NCBI RefSeq assembly: GCF_006345805.1
Contig: NC_043017.1
Coordinates: 32,426,001 to 32,490,000, forward strand
DNA length: 64,000 nt
Direction of reading: 5' to 3'
DNA from: Octopus sinensis
Lineage: Eukaryota
Both the position numbers and the translations under genes were made by a program. Positions 37,649 to 49,886 of the stretch are shown here, one piece after another. Numbering within the stretch: position 1 is the stretch's first letter; each line of letters starts with the position of its first letter. Below the pieces are notes generated by a model that worked only from the letters and a program-made list of their open reading frames with translations, had not been told where the DNA came from and did no database searches.

Positions 37649-38008
37649 TAGTACTGAGAGTCAGCTCTTATCTATGAACTTGGGTTCCTTACAAGCCATT
37701 GCACTCTTCTTGTGCACACCACAACTCTCTTTTGGTGGTATATTTATATTGAATATTGAGTAACAGTCTTCTTTTACTTGTGTTTGTTTATTGGTTTGCT
37801 GTCAGTTTGTTTTGGCGAGTTTTTTTATTCTATTGTGTTTGCCAATGTTATTAGGGGGGGGGGGGGATTTAAAACAAAGTTCATTAGTGTGTTTAATTAA
37901 CGATCATTCTATTGTAACAAATGTTTCACGGCTGAGTGATTTTGATGTGGCTCTCAGAAAGTGCTTGTGTATATTTCAAAGAAGAAAGAGTTTCTTTGTG
38001 TGTGTGTG

Positions 38009-38047
<39 letters not shown>

Positions 38048-38339
38048 TTCTATATGTATTTCTGTGTGTATGAACATCTGGGGTCCATATACTTGTTAAT
38101 GTATGTATGCTGAGTTGGCTGATTGTGACAAGAGTATTAGGGGTTGCCTCTATGCTTATATATACACACATACATACATATATGCATATACAGAATTTTG
38201 TATGTATAACTCATTGGAGGGCATGCTTTTTTGCATTGTAGATTTCCAGGTGTGTGTGTGTGTATAAGCATGGCTGTCCTGGTATGTCACTTTTTCTGTT
38301 TGGAGTTCAGACTATTTTTTGAAGTGGAATGTATCTTTG

Positions 38340-39730
38340 TCTCCGCATCGCAATAAATCAGGTTCCACAACAAAAAAGATGGTTTTATAAATTCACATTA
38401 TTCAACGTCATTGACATTTATCTGTCTAATAGAAAATGATTATTACTAAAAATATCAGACTTTGCCAAGAGGTTTATGGTAATTAATGATCAAGAAATGG
38501 ACACCATAATGCAGACACGAAAAGTCTTTCTATTTCATAACTCAGCTTGTGTAAAACAAGGAAAATGACAAAGACTCTGATGTCATGTTTTTGCGATGGA
38601 GCAGAACAAACTGCAGAAGTATTTCAATACGTCCTGAAACAAATAAGCAAAATATACACAAAATCCAAATTAGGCTTGTACAGTGACGATGGTCAAGCCG
38701 TCTTCCAAAATCCTGATTTCAAATTTTGGTAGAGGGTTAAGTTGATTACATCAACCCCAGTGCTCAACCGGTACTTATTTAATTGACCCCAAAACAATAA
38801 AATGCAAAGTCTACCTCAGCAGAATTTAAACTCAGAAAAAAAGATAGATGAAATATCACTAAGCATTTCAACTGGTGCGCTAACGATTCTACCTGCTCGC
38901 CACCTTTGATAGCCATTAATTCGATAACTCCAAGAAAGATCTAATTAAGACCTTTAAAGAATTTCACTCAAAAAAATAATAGTAGAGACTAAGTTATCTA
39001 TAGTAACCTAACTGGATGCAACAAATTTCAACACTGGGAAATATTAATCCTAACAGAAACCTAATAGAATGAATGCTGCGATATATAAATATGAGCTCAA
39101 ACCACCCAATAGCGTTAATCAAAAACCTAATTGACAGTACAAACTGGAGAATATTAATAATGTCGTCTGACACAGAAATATTTGACTAAGCAGCATCACT
39201 CCACAAGAAAGCCATAAAGTAAGTGGATTTAAAGAAAAAACTTCAATAAATACATAAGTAATCAGAAATAAGCAACAACGAAAAAGAATCCGAGAAAAGC
39301 ACATCATCTTGTACAACTCACAATGCAGCAGCCTGTATGGGGAAATAACTGTAGTACACACCTTCCAAACATTAGTTAGTAAACACTTCTAGAACATACT
39401 ATTCAACATACTATCATGTACTATTCAACAAACGTTTTACAATGTTAGCTACCACTATACAAAACGTAGCTTACACCATGCAATCACTAAACAAGACGTG
39501 CAACTCACAGCCGCAAACTCGTGCAACTGCACCAAAAACAGAAATGTCCATTACATGGAAAGTGTTTACTTACTGGCATAGTCTATAAGGCAACAGCATC
39601 ACATGTTCTACAATCCACAAAAGACCACATTGATGCCCTTAACAAAACTCTCAAAGAAATACACACACACACACACACACATGGAAACCTATCCAAAAGA
39701 AACATCATGTCGCTGTCTAAGCACATCTGA
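38340..39730 (+). pseudogene. Degenerate Penelope-like retroelement (RT plus start of GIY-YIG), interrupted by a family C-variant SINE (~38720-38905)
   Basis: DGAE and GLYSDDG (RT YxDD motif), KHII.YN linker, CPLHGKCLLTGIVYKAT; many stops and frameshifts. Confidence 0.8.
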
Positions 39731-39959
39731 AAGTAATAAGCAAACATAAATGAAAATGTAAAAGGAGAAATAACGGACTACTCACTATCAAATTTAAACA
39801 GATCTGGAATTTGTGTCCTAGGCATCACAGAAAAACACCATATCATGCAAAACATGCATACGCACAGGTTTTGATGACAAACATAGATACATAGAGAACC
39901 ACCCCAGGAAACATACAATTCAAGTAACATGTGCACTCTAATGAATTATGCAAACAAAA

Positions 39960-40600
39960 TTCATGTTATCTGGAGACTGATATGAACAACGATGTCTTGT
40001 ATCACCAAGATGGTGGCAATGTGCAGGTGAATTGCTGGATGGATTCTGAGAACCTTCAGAAGAAGCGACCAGGAAACTCTTTTGGTTCTATGGAGGACAT
40101 TTGTACTCAGCTGTCTGGACTAGTATTCCCAACTGTGGTCACCTCACAATGTCAAATTAATAGCAGAACCTGAGTCAGTTCAGCGGTGCTACACTAAGAG
40201 GATTGCATCAATGGAACAGCTGAGCTTCTGGAAGAGACTGAAAGAGCTACGACATAAATCTCTGGAGTGAAGACAGGAGAGGTATGCCGTGGAATATGTA
40301 TGGAAGATCCTGGAGGTGCTGGCACCAAACTTTGGTTCGAGAGTTATACCAGCACCTGAACTGGTTGTCATTGCACTTTCCCAAAGTCCTAGAGTGAGGA
40401 CTATGTACTGCAATCGCTTGTGGTTTAAGGGCCGACAGGAATTTATTTAACACATTACCAAAACATCTTCATGAAGTAGGGGTAGATATTTTCAAGAAAC
40501 ATCTTGACCTCCTGCTATCTTTGATAGAACTAATATCAAGGCAGGAAACTCAAAAGAGGGCAGCACTGTCAAACTCCCTCCTTTACCAAAAGCTAGTCAC
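39960..40600 (+). pseudogene. CR1-clade LINE relic (RT C-terminal region)
   Basis: WILRTF, LWSPHNVKLIAEPESVQR, ERYAVEYVWKILE and DIFKKHLD fragments. Confidence 0.8.
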
Positions 40601-40963
40601 ATAAGTTGGCCAATAGAGGTCAGTTGTAACTGTCTTATTTTCGTTAATTACCAGAATAACCAGAAAGGGAGTTCCTTTTCATTCATTTTCATAGTGAATT
40701 GGATTGGGACACACAAGCACGTGCATGCATACACACACACACGCACACATACACACACACATACACCCACACACAAATACGATGAACTTCTCTCAGTTTC
40801 CATCTACCAAATCCACTTACAAGGCTTTGGTCGGCCCGAGACTATAGTAGAAGACACTTGCTCAAGGTGCCATGCAGTGGGACTGAACCTGGAACTATAT
40901 GGTTGGGTTCCAGGTTCAGCATGAATGTATTTATGTATGTGTAAATATATATATATATATATA

Positions 40964-41225
40964 TATAAAATATTATTTGAGACAAAACCACTATTTTGCA
41001 AAACAAACAAGGAAAGACTTAATCAATACATATAATTTAATAAATAGTCAAAAAAGACTATTTATTAAATTATATGTATGATTAAGTCTTTCCTTGTTTG
41101 TTTTGCAAAATAGTGGTTTGTCTCAAATAATATTTTATAATATTTTACTATAAAATTGGATTTAATCCTAAATCTGATTTTTTTTTCCCTGTAAATTTGG
41201 ATATATTCCCTAATATTTATTATTA
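40964..41225. mobile_element. Fold-back element H6
   Basis: Arms 40964-41049 / 41056-41139, A6 loop, ~85-bp right extension shared with H3. Confidence 0.88.
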
Positions 41226-41372
41226 TATATATATATATATAATATATATATATATACATATGTTATATATATATATATAACATATATATATATTTTTTTT
41301 TTTTGAATGCTGGACTACTGGTTTTAAATTGATATTAAAATTAATATTAATCTATCTCCCTCAATTTTTAAA

Positions 41373-41410
<38 letters not shown>

Positions 41411-41479
41411 TACATATGTATGTATGTTTGTATTTATGTATATAAATGCTCACACACACACACTTACACATGCAAGGTG

Positions 41480-43400
41480 TGAGAAGTTTTTGAAGATATT
41501 TTGCGATTTAATAAAACAGCTGCAATTTATCAAAAGCCTAATATATTTCAACAAAAGCTTGTACATATGATCTTGGTAAATTCTCTTATAAGATTATTCT
41601 GTGAATCCTTCTTCATTCCATTATGTTGGGATGGATTTGCCCAGTTGTTATACCATCTATCTTGGTATTTTCATCTGTTTTTAGGATTGCTGTGTTTTAA
41701 GAAGTTTGTTTGTGTTCGTTTGTTCGTGTGTATTCTTCTTGTTGATGTTGTCTTACCATTTACTTTTCCAATGCTGACATTAACAATTTTTTTATTGTGA
41801 AGGTTTCATTTTTGAAAGGAAAAACTAGTAGTTCTCACCCTTTGATTATTATTTTGATCTGATGGGGAAATTGATATGGACGAGATTATCTTTCCTATTG
41901 TTGTTGTTATTGTAAACAAAGTTTGTCTCTTCATGAATCTATGTTTTATTGTTAGCTTTCATTAATTCTGTTCCGTAATTGTGTTCGTAGTTTTGCAGCC
42001 ATCGATTTTTCAACTCAAGTATCTTATTTGATGTGGCTTCTTGTATCCCTATATCTTTTGGCTATCCCTATGCTGTGGCTTCTTGTATCCCTATATCTTT
42101 TGGCTATCCCTATGCTGTGGCTTCTTGTATCCCTATATCTTTTGGCTATCCCTATACTGTGGCTTCTTGTATCCCTATATCTTTTGGCTATCCTTATACT
42201 ATGGCTTCTTGTATCCCTATATCTTTTGGCTATCCTTATACTATGGCTTCTTGTATCCCTATATCTTTTGGCTATCCTTATACTATGGCTTCTTGTATCC
42301 CTATATCTTTTGGCTATCCTTATACTGTGGCTTCTTGTATCCCTATATCTTTTGGCTATCCTTATACTGTGGCTTCTTGTATCCCTATATCTTTTGGCTA
42401 TCCTTATACTGTGGCTTCTTGTATCCCTATATCTTTTGGCTATCCTTATACTGTGGCTTCTTGTATCCCTATATCTTTTGGCTATCCCTATGCTGTGGCT
42501 TCTTGTATCCCTATATCTTTTGGCTATCCCTATGCTGTGGCTTCTTGTATCCCTATATCTTTTGGCTATCCATATATTGTGGCTTCTTGTATCCCTATAT
42601 CTTTTGGCTATCCCTATGCTGTGGCTTCTTGTATCCCTATATCTTTTGGCTATCCCTATGTTGTGGCTTCTTGTATCCCTATATCTTTTGGCTATCCCTA
42701 TGTTGTGGCTTCTTGTATCCCTATATCTTTTGGCTATCCCTATGTTGTGGCTTCTTGTATCCCTATATCTTTTGGCTATCCCTATGCTGTGGCTTCTTGT
42801 ATCCCTATATCTTTTGGCTATCCCTATGCTGTGGCTTCTTGTATCCCTATATCTTTTGGCTATCCCTATGTTGTGGCTTCTTGTATCCCTATATCTTTTG
42901 GCTATCCCTATGTTGTGGCTTCTTGTATCCCTATATCTTTTTTCCATAAGCCCAGTAGTTTTCCAAGTAATTTTCGGTTGGTTTGTTTGGAAATTTTTTC
43001 CTGCATAAAGGTATCACATTTCCCATTCTCTTTAAAGCAAGGTGTGCAAAGCTTTAGAAAGTTAATCTCTGCTTTGAATCTTTGGATTTATTCCGATTTT
43101 CATTTCTTTATTTCGTTCTGATGTGATATTCTTGGGACAGAATTTTCGTGGGAAAATTATCAGTTCTTGATTTATCCATTCTGTGCATGTTTTTAATTTT
43201 TCACTTCTAATTGCTTCCCAATACGGCTGTTTTCTTTGATTCAATAGATTGGTCCATATCTATTTCATCTCATTTTTTTCTTGAGTGCTTCGTTTTCCAA
43301 ATGAATTTCCTTCCCTTCATACATTAACCAAGAGCACGTGAGTTTGAAAAGATTAACCTAGGAAAAAAATTTCTTCCAAAAATGTTAGTAACATCCTGAT
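41480..43400 (-). pseudogene. Degenerate coding relic of an unidentified repeat, split by a minisatellite
   Basis: Protein-like fragments (WTNLLNQRKQPYWEAIRSEK..., KLLGLWKKDIGIQEATSNKILELKNRWLQNYEH); family not recognised. Confidence 0.45.
42032..42941. repeat. 42-bp minisatellite, 21 full units plus 28 nt
   Basis: Unit TGTGGCTTCTTGTATCCCTATATCTTTTGGCTATCCCTATGC; first and last unit starts are 882 bp apart. Confidence 0.97.
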
Positions 43401-43902
43401 AAAAAATTTTATAACTTCTTTTTAAAAAATTATTTTTAAAACAATCCCTTTTATACTTAAAAACTGTATTATGTAATTTTCAGAAAGACTTACTGGGATG
43501 TAAACACACCAACATTGGTTGTCAAATGATGGTCAGGGACAAACACAGACACACAAATACACACACACACACGCATGCACACACACACACACATACATGC
43601 ACGCACGGACACACACACACACAGATATTAACGATGGACTTCTCTCAGTTTCCATCTACCAAATCCACTCACAAAGCTTTGGTTGGCCCATGGCTATAGT
43701 AGGAGACACTTGCTCAAGGTGCCATGCAGTGGGGCTGAACCCGGAATCATATGGTTGGGTTCCAGGTTCAGCATGAATGTATTTATTTATGTGTAAATAT
43801 ATATATATATAAATATATAGATAGATAGATAGATATAGATATAGATATAGATATAGATATAGATAGATATAGATATAGATAGATATAGATATAGATATAT
43901 AT

Positions 43903-44095
43903 AGTCGCCATGATAGATCGTTATCCACTACACACATTTTCTTTTCTCCCCTTGTTTCTTCCTGTGTCCTTTTCTGTAGAAGAGCGTAGGCTTGAAACAT
44001 AAAAGACTTTTTCTATTCCTGAGCATTATACTAATACATCTGCTTGTTTTGTACACCACCTGTCTTCGTCTTTTGTTTTTTTCATAAACTCTCCC
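43903..44095 (+). mobile_element. Family I ~190-bp element with a hammerhead-like fold (43969-44005)
   Basis: Homologous to 35990-36183; flanked by microsatellites. Confidence 0.75.
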
Positions 44096-44284
44096 TATAT
44101 ATATACTCACACACACACACACACATAATCATGCAAGGTGTGAGAAGTATTTGAAGATATTTTGTGATTTACTAAAACAGCTGCAATTTATCAAAAGCCT
44201 AATATATTTCAACAAAAGCTTGTACATATGATCTTGGTAAATTCTCTTATAAGATTATTCTGTGAACCCTTCTTCAGCTATGAT

Positions 44285-44895
44285 GACTATTTCAATGTAG
44301 GACCAGAATCATTGACCTGCCTGCACTAAATGGCCCTTATTCATTTTGGACATTACCTGGACAGTGGTGGCCTTCAGTGAAGCTATTTTGAGGATGTTAA
44401 TTTGTTTCCCTTTCAACAATGTTCAAAAGATAGTAGTCCATTGTATCTACATCTGGCAAGTTTGGCGACCACAGGTATGGTCTCACATGATCATAAAAGA
44501 CTGTCTGACATCCATTCTTGGCTTACTTGGGCTTTGTGAGAAGGTGCTGAGTTTGTTGAGACTTATATGGTATTTTCCTGTATACTTCAATCCACGCAGG
44601 GCATAACAACTGTCTCCAGCACCTTCAAGTTTTCAGCAGCATTAATTCTAAAACATTGTAAAAAATATGTGTGGTGGTATGACATGATCTTTGTCACTCC
44701 TTCTCTTAAAACCACCACAGGTGTTGGGAACTTAGTGTGCATCTGACTGGGGCATCAGAGAGATATGCACATAACTGTCATTACTCTTTTATACTTCTGG
44801 TCTTTGTTGAAGTTTTCCTCATTTAAGAGAACCAATGAATGCCTTGTATCGATCAAATGGTTTTCCTGTGTCTTTGCCGACATGAATTGGTCCCT
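44285..44895 (-). pseudogene. Tc1/mariner-superfamily transposase relic (mariner/maT-like)
   Basis: Fragments MHTKFPT, SAPSHKAQVSQEWMSD and WSPNLPDVDTMDY (decayed WPPNSPDLNPMDY). Confidence 0.8.
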
Positions 44896-44915
44896 TCTCA
44901 GCACTTACGACTTCT

Positions 44916-45225
44916 GTGGAGGCACATGGCCTAATGGTTAGAGCAGCAGACTCGCGGTCAAGGGATTGCGGGTTCGAATCTCAGACCAGGGATGTGTGTG
45001 TTTATGAGCGAAAAACCTAAGCTCCACACGGCTCCGGCAGAAGGTAATGGTGAAGTTCCACTGACTCTTTTGCCACAACTTTCTCTCACTCTTTCCTCCT
45101 GCATCTTGCAGCTCACCTACGACGGACCAGTATCCCATCCAGGTGGGGAGCCTATACGCCAAGAAAACCGGGAAACTTGCCCTTATTAGCCAGGCATGGC
45201 TCAAGAAGGAATAAGCAACAACTTA
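44916..45225 (+). mobile_element. tRNA-derived SINE (distinct body, CAA-type tail)
   Basis: Head GGCACATGGCCTAATGG...GGGTTCGAATCTC. Confidence 0.75.
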
Positions 45226-46183
45226 CGACTTGTACTGAATGTCCTCACGCACCACCGTTCTGATAGTCCACTCTGACTATTGAAATCGATAGGCAATGGT
45301 CCTAATTGATTTTCTAGGAATGATTTGAAACTTTTGGTTGAATTACAGAGTCCATCATCATCATCATCATCATCATCATCGTTTAGCGTCCGTTTTCCAT
45401 GCTAGCATGGGTTGGACGGTTCTACTGGGGTCTGTGAAGCCATGTAGTGTCCAAATGTTCTTTCCTATTTGAAACTCTTGCCTGAGGTTTTCAATTCCAT
45501 GAAAATTATGTGAACAGAAAATCTTGCAACATTCAGAAACTGCAGTTTCTAAACCACTGTGTTCTGCACATACAACAAACAACTGCTACATATCTGTTCC
45601 TTTCTTGTGTTAGCATTTTATCTGTCATTAAGGATTTGAAGAAATAAAAGCATTTTAATTGGTTTGAAGAGATAATTAGATGATCTTGAATATCCTTCAC
45701 GGCCTCTTTGAGTATCGGTCTGTTATTGGTAGGGTTAACCGAACAAAACAAAAATACTCCATCCAGTGAGAGATAAATGCCATTTAATACACACTGAACT
45801 CCAAGTTATTATTACTGTCATACCTACAAGGCAGCAAGCTGACCGAATCGTTAGCACACTGAGTGAAATGCTTAGCAGCATTTTATCTGTGTTTATGTTC
45901 TGAGTTCAAATTCCTTCCTGCAAAGCAAATTAAATAAAATTTGGGACTTTTTGCCGATGGTGAAAGTGGTAACAAGAACAGGACAGTGAGAACAAAACAG
46001 TGAAAACAAACGGTGAGGGCTGTTAAGCCAAGATGACAGAAAAATTATTATGAACGATAGGAAGACGAGCTTATGAGAGGAGACAGGTATAAGCACATTT
46101 TGTCTTTAGGAAGGTAGTGAGCAGAAAGATAGAATCTCTTTCGTCACATGTCAGTGACGAGAGACGAGGAGGAGGATTGTTAT

Positions 46184-46216
<33 letters not shown>

Positions 46217-46219
<3 letters not shown>

Positions 46220-46652
46220 AACAAAGGGTAAAATTAATTAATTAAGAAGTAATCAATAATTTCACCAAGTAGAATTCGGCATAAAAAAGGACCATTTCAT
46301 GGTAAACTTAAGTAATACTTTATAATTAGGGTTCAGCAAAGATCTGCTTTACCACATACCGAAGTTTAGAAATAGCAGTCAAAAAACCGTAGCTATTTCT
46401 TCTACATTAAAAAGGGACTCCCCAAAAAACCAAAATACTTGAAAACAATCCATGCAGGCAGAGAGGAAAAATCCATCTTGGATTGATTTTCGTTATTTTT
46501 CCTCTCTGCCTGCGTGAATTGCTTTCAAGTATTTTGGTTTTTCTGGGAGTCCCTTTTTAAAGTAGAAGAAATAGCTAAGGTTTTTTGACTGCTATTTCTA
46601 AACTTCGGTATGTGGTAAAGCAAATCTTTGCTGAACCCTAATTATAAAGTAT
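46217..46652. mobile_element. Fold-back element H7
   Basis: Arms 46315-46472 / 46495-46652, ~22-nt loop, ~100-bp left extension; TA flanks. Confidence 0.88.
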
Positions 46653-46670
46653 ATATATATATATATATAT

Positions 46671-47489
46671 ATAAACAAACGGGGGGGGGTGCACGTAACG
46701 CCGCAATAATATAAGAATAAATGTTTTTATATATAAAGAACGTGAAATACAGGAAGGGATGAACACGGAACACAGACAAATCATTCGAAGCCTTCAATCT
46801 TCAGTCAGACACCGAATCATCATAGCAAATTTCGGCTGTTCAATTCTGATATTTGCTCCAACTCGGCCAGCCCCAAGAAAAAAACTAAGCTGTAAGCATT
46901 AGATTTCTTGGTAGAAGACAAGAATGTAAACGCAAGAGACGGATGTAAATACAAGAGACGAAAACGAAATTGAAAACAGTAATGGATAAACAAAATATAA
47001 CGGTGGTTGTCTTACGACTTTAGACCAAATGAGACAAAAACAACAACAACATAGCAGCTGGCGTAGAAATAATTACCTTTTCGGTAGAGGGGACACATGT
47101 TGGTCGAGATACGATCGCCAACAGAATGGTTAAGAAGCAGCAGGTTGCAGGAGAGAGAGAGAAAGAGAGACAGAGAGAGAGGGAATCAAAGAGGGTGGGA
47201 GACAGGGGACAGAATCAGTGACCAAGAGAAAAGGAGAGAGAAGGAATTGAGGAGGATGGGAGGAAGAGGGGGGAAGAATCGGAGGGCGCCAAAATAGTTT
47301 GGTAAAGAAGCAATGGCGGGTAGGAAAGAGAAAGTATATAGAAGTCGTGCAGGGTTTAAAATTGGATAAACAAACGGGGGGGGGTGCACGTAACGCCGCA
47401 ATAATATAAGAATAAATGTTTTTATATATAAAGAACGTGAAATACAGGAAGGGACGAACACGGAACACAGACAAATCATTCGAAGCCTT
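46671..47489. mobile_element. 819-bp non-coding element with 124-bp terminal direct repeats
   Basis: 46671-46794 and 47366-47489 differ at one position; TA tracts on both sides. Confidence 0.88.
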
Positions 47490-47612
47490 ATATATATATA
47501 TATATATACTGGAGTAAACACATAAATGTGATACAAGGTGGAAAAAAGAGTACTCAAATACCAGTGGTAGAGTAATATGCTTTATTTAAAGCAGCAGAAA
47601 ATTCAACAAAAT

Positions 47613-47650
47613 CTGTTACTCTGAGTTTCTCGTTGCCGTTCATCAGACAG
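47613..47650 (-). ncRNA. Minimal type I hammerhead (H8 long arm)
   Basis: CTGT-CTGATGA-ACG gcaa CGA-GAAA-CTCAGAG-TA-ACAG. Confidence 0.75.
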
Positions 47651-48067
47651 TTTTTGCTAGAATGGAACCGATATATCAATTCAATCCAGATTTATATTTA
47701 TACGTCTGTATATGTATGGCGCTTGCACGCATCCTTCTGTGTATGTTGATATATATATGTACACTTTAATATGAATATGTATTGCAGTGTAATATTTATA
47801 ATGCTTTTAATTTCCATGTATTAATTATATTTCCTTCATTAACGTCAATATGTATTTTATTCAATGTAAGGTTTTTTTCCTCGAATTTTATAATTTTTAT
47901 AATTTTTTATATATATATACATATATTTTTGAGCTCATTTTTTTGTTTATCGCTCGAAGATTGAGCGTTATTTTTAAAGGGCCAATCAAACAAGTCCATT
48001 TTTTTAAAGGTGTAGTGTTTGTAAGAGTCTGGATTGAATTGATATATCGGTTCCATTCTAGCAAAAA

Positions 48068-48105
48068 CTGTCTGATGAACGGCAACGGGAAACTCAGAGT
48101 AACAG
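48068..48105 (+). ncRNA. Minimal type I hammerhead (H8 short arm)
   Basis: CTGT-CTGATGA-ACG gcaa CGG-GAAA-CTCAGAG-TA-ACAG. Confidence 0.75.
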
Positions 48106-48137
48106 ATTTTGTTGAATTTTCTGCTGCTTTAAATAAA

Positions 48138-48174
<37 letters not shown>

Positions 48175-49511
48175 AAGGAAGATTTATTAAATTAAAAATC
48201 ATTATAGTACACACACATACATACACACACGTGCACACATACATTGGCATAAGCATGAAGATAATATTGAATGTAGAATATTTCTACATATTTATTTCAA
48301 TATATGGTGTGATTTCATTTTCATAAATATATTCAACTCTTCCTGTTAGCCATACCTATGCATTGTTGCAGATGTTATCGTTCTAAATCTGACACTTTTC
48401 CCTTTGATTGAGCCTTTTTGACAATCAGCTTGCAATGAAAAATATTTTTTTTGGATAACTAGGAAACAGTTGTTCCTATAAATAATAAGTGTGAGTGTGT
48501 GTGTGTGCATGCAATTATGTATATATGTATATATATATATGTATATGCATAGGTATGTATTTACACACATAAAAATAAAATTTATATCCATAAATTTGTA
48601 CACACATAAACATACTGCTATATATTTATGCATATTTGGGCACACATATATGAATGAGTATATATATATATATATATACACATATATATGTACATATATA
48701 TATATACACATATACATATGCATATATATATATATATATATATACTCTCTCTACATATATAGATACAATATAGATACATATACATACATACACATACAAG
48801 CACACACGCACACACACACATACACACACACACACACATATACATAGGCACCTTTACATGAATAGTTGTGCAATATATTCTTTCAATTATTATTAACACA
48901 CACTTTAATAATTGAGTTGGAGACAATGAGATATCTTTGCCAGTAGATTATAATCATCACCATCATCGTGACCATCATCATTGTCATCATCGTCATTGGC
49001 CAAACATTATTAGCATCATCATCACCATCATCATCATCATCATTGCTATGCCTCTTTTCTTCAGTCCGATATCTCCACACAATCAGGTTCTTTTTTTAAA
49101 CGTCTCCCTTCAAAGCTGTCAATTGCACTCTTCATTCATTCAATAAAGGCAACCGAGATACTCGCTCGAGGTTGTGATTAATTTCTATAGAATTAATATT
49201 CTATGAGAATGCGTGACCACTCACTTCAACAATGTATAAGACGTTATAACAATAATAGTTACAATAATGACAACGATGATAACGATGACGAAGATAATGA
49301 TGGCATTGAGAATGACAAAAATAAATAAATGTATATATTGAAGAAAAACTGGAAGTTTTTGTTTCTTTTAAATTTTTCTTCGGCTTTTTTTTTGGGGGGT
49401 TGTTTTTAATTTTATATATGTTCATATTTGCTGTATCTTTGTCTTTTTGTAATTATTATAATTGTTTCCATTCTTCTTGTACTGAGTGTTTCTCTTTGTT
49501 TCTTCTTGTAG

Positions 49512-49587
49512 TGTTAAATGCTGTTTAAGAAAACCTGGTCCAAAAAAAGCAATAAAGGCAAAGAAAACTATCAAACAATGGATCTGA
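49512..49587 (+). CDS. Candidate terminal coding exon (phase 2: VKCCLRKPGPKKAIKAKKTIKQWI*)
   Basis: Strong acceptor TTTCTCTTTGTTTCTTCTTGTAG; no homology recognised. Confidence 0.2.
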
Positions 49588-49641
49588 AGCCGAGACCAGA
49601 TAAAGAAGTTAATTTAGCTGTATATTTGTAAAAAGTGTATA

Positions 49642-49674
<33 letters not shown>

Positions 49675-49728
49675 TAATATATATTTGCATCTATCTACCT
49701 AGCTTTCTATTGATCAATCAATCAGGCA

Positions 49729-49780
<52 letters not shown>

Positions 49781-49886
49781 GTCTGTCTATCTATCTATCT
49801 ATCTATCTATCTGTCTATATATATGTGTGTGTGTATATATATATATATTATATATATATATATATCTAACAATCTATCTATCTGTT

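Larger units (their letters stand above)
47509..48140. mobile_element. Inverted-terminus element H8 (long terminus 47509-47690, ~340-bp spacer, short terminus 48030-48138)
   Basis: Termini are reverse complements and match H5. Confidence 0.88.

Noticed and set aside
42024-43121. Four 300-360-aa repeat ORFs over the 42-bp array, or the array as a CRISPR
   Set aside because: Several frames are open only because the unit is a multiple of 3. There are no unique spacers and no cas genes, and the DNA is eukaryotic.
45440-45750. Protein-like minus-strand fragments (RPILKEAVKDIQDHL..., CKIFCSHNFH...)
   Set aside because: Broken frames and no recognised family; needs TBLASTX.
46275-46320. GACCAT-ATGGT hairpin plus AAACTTAAGTA just before the H7 arm
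   Set aside because: It resembles stems II/III with a GUA site at the arm boundary, but there is no recognisable CUGANGA core and G12 is missing.
46770-46812. Minus-strand CTGAAGA...CTTCGAAT hammerhead-like motif at the direct-repeat boundary
   Set aside because: GAAT instead of GAAA, and stems I and II do not register correctly.
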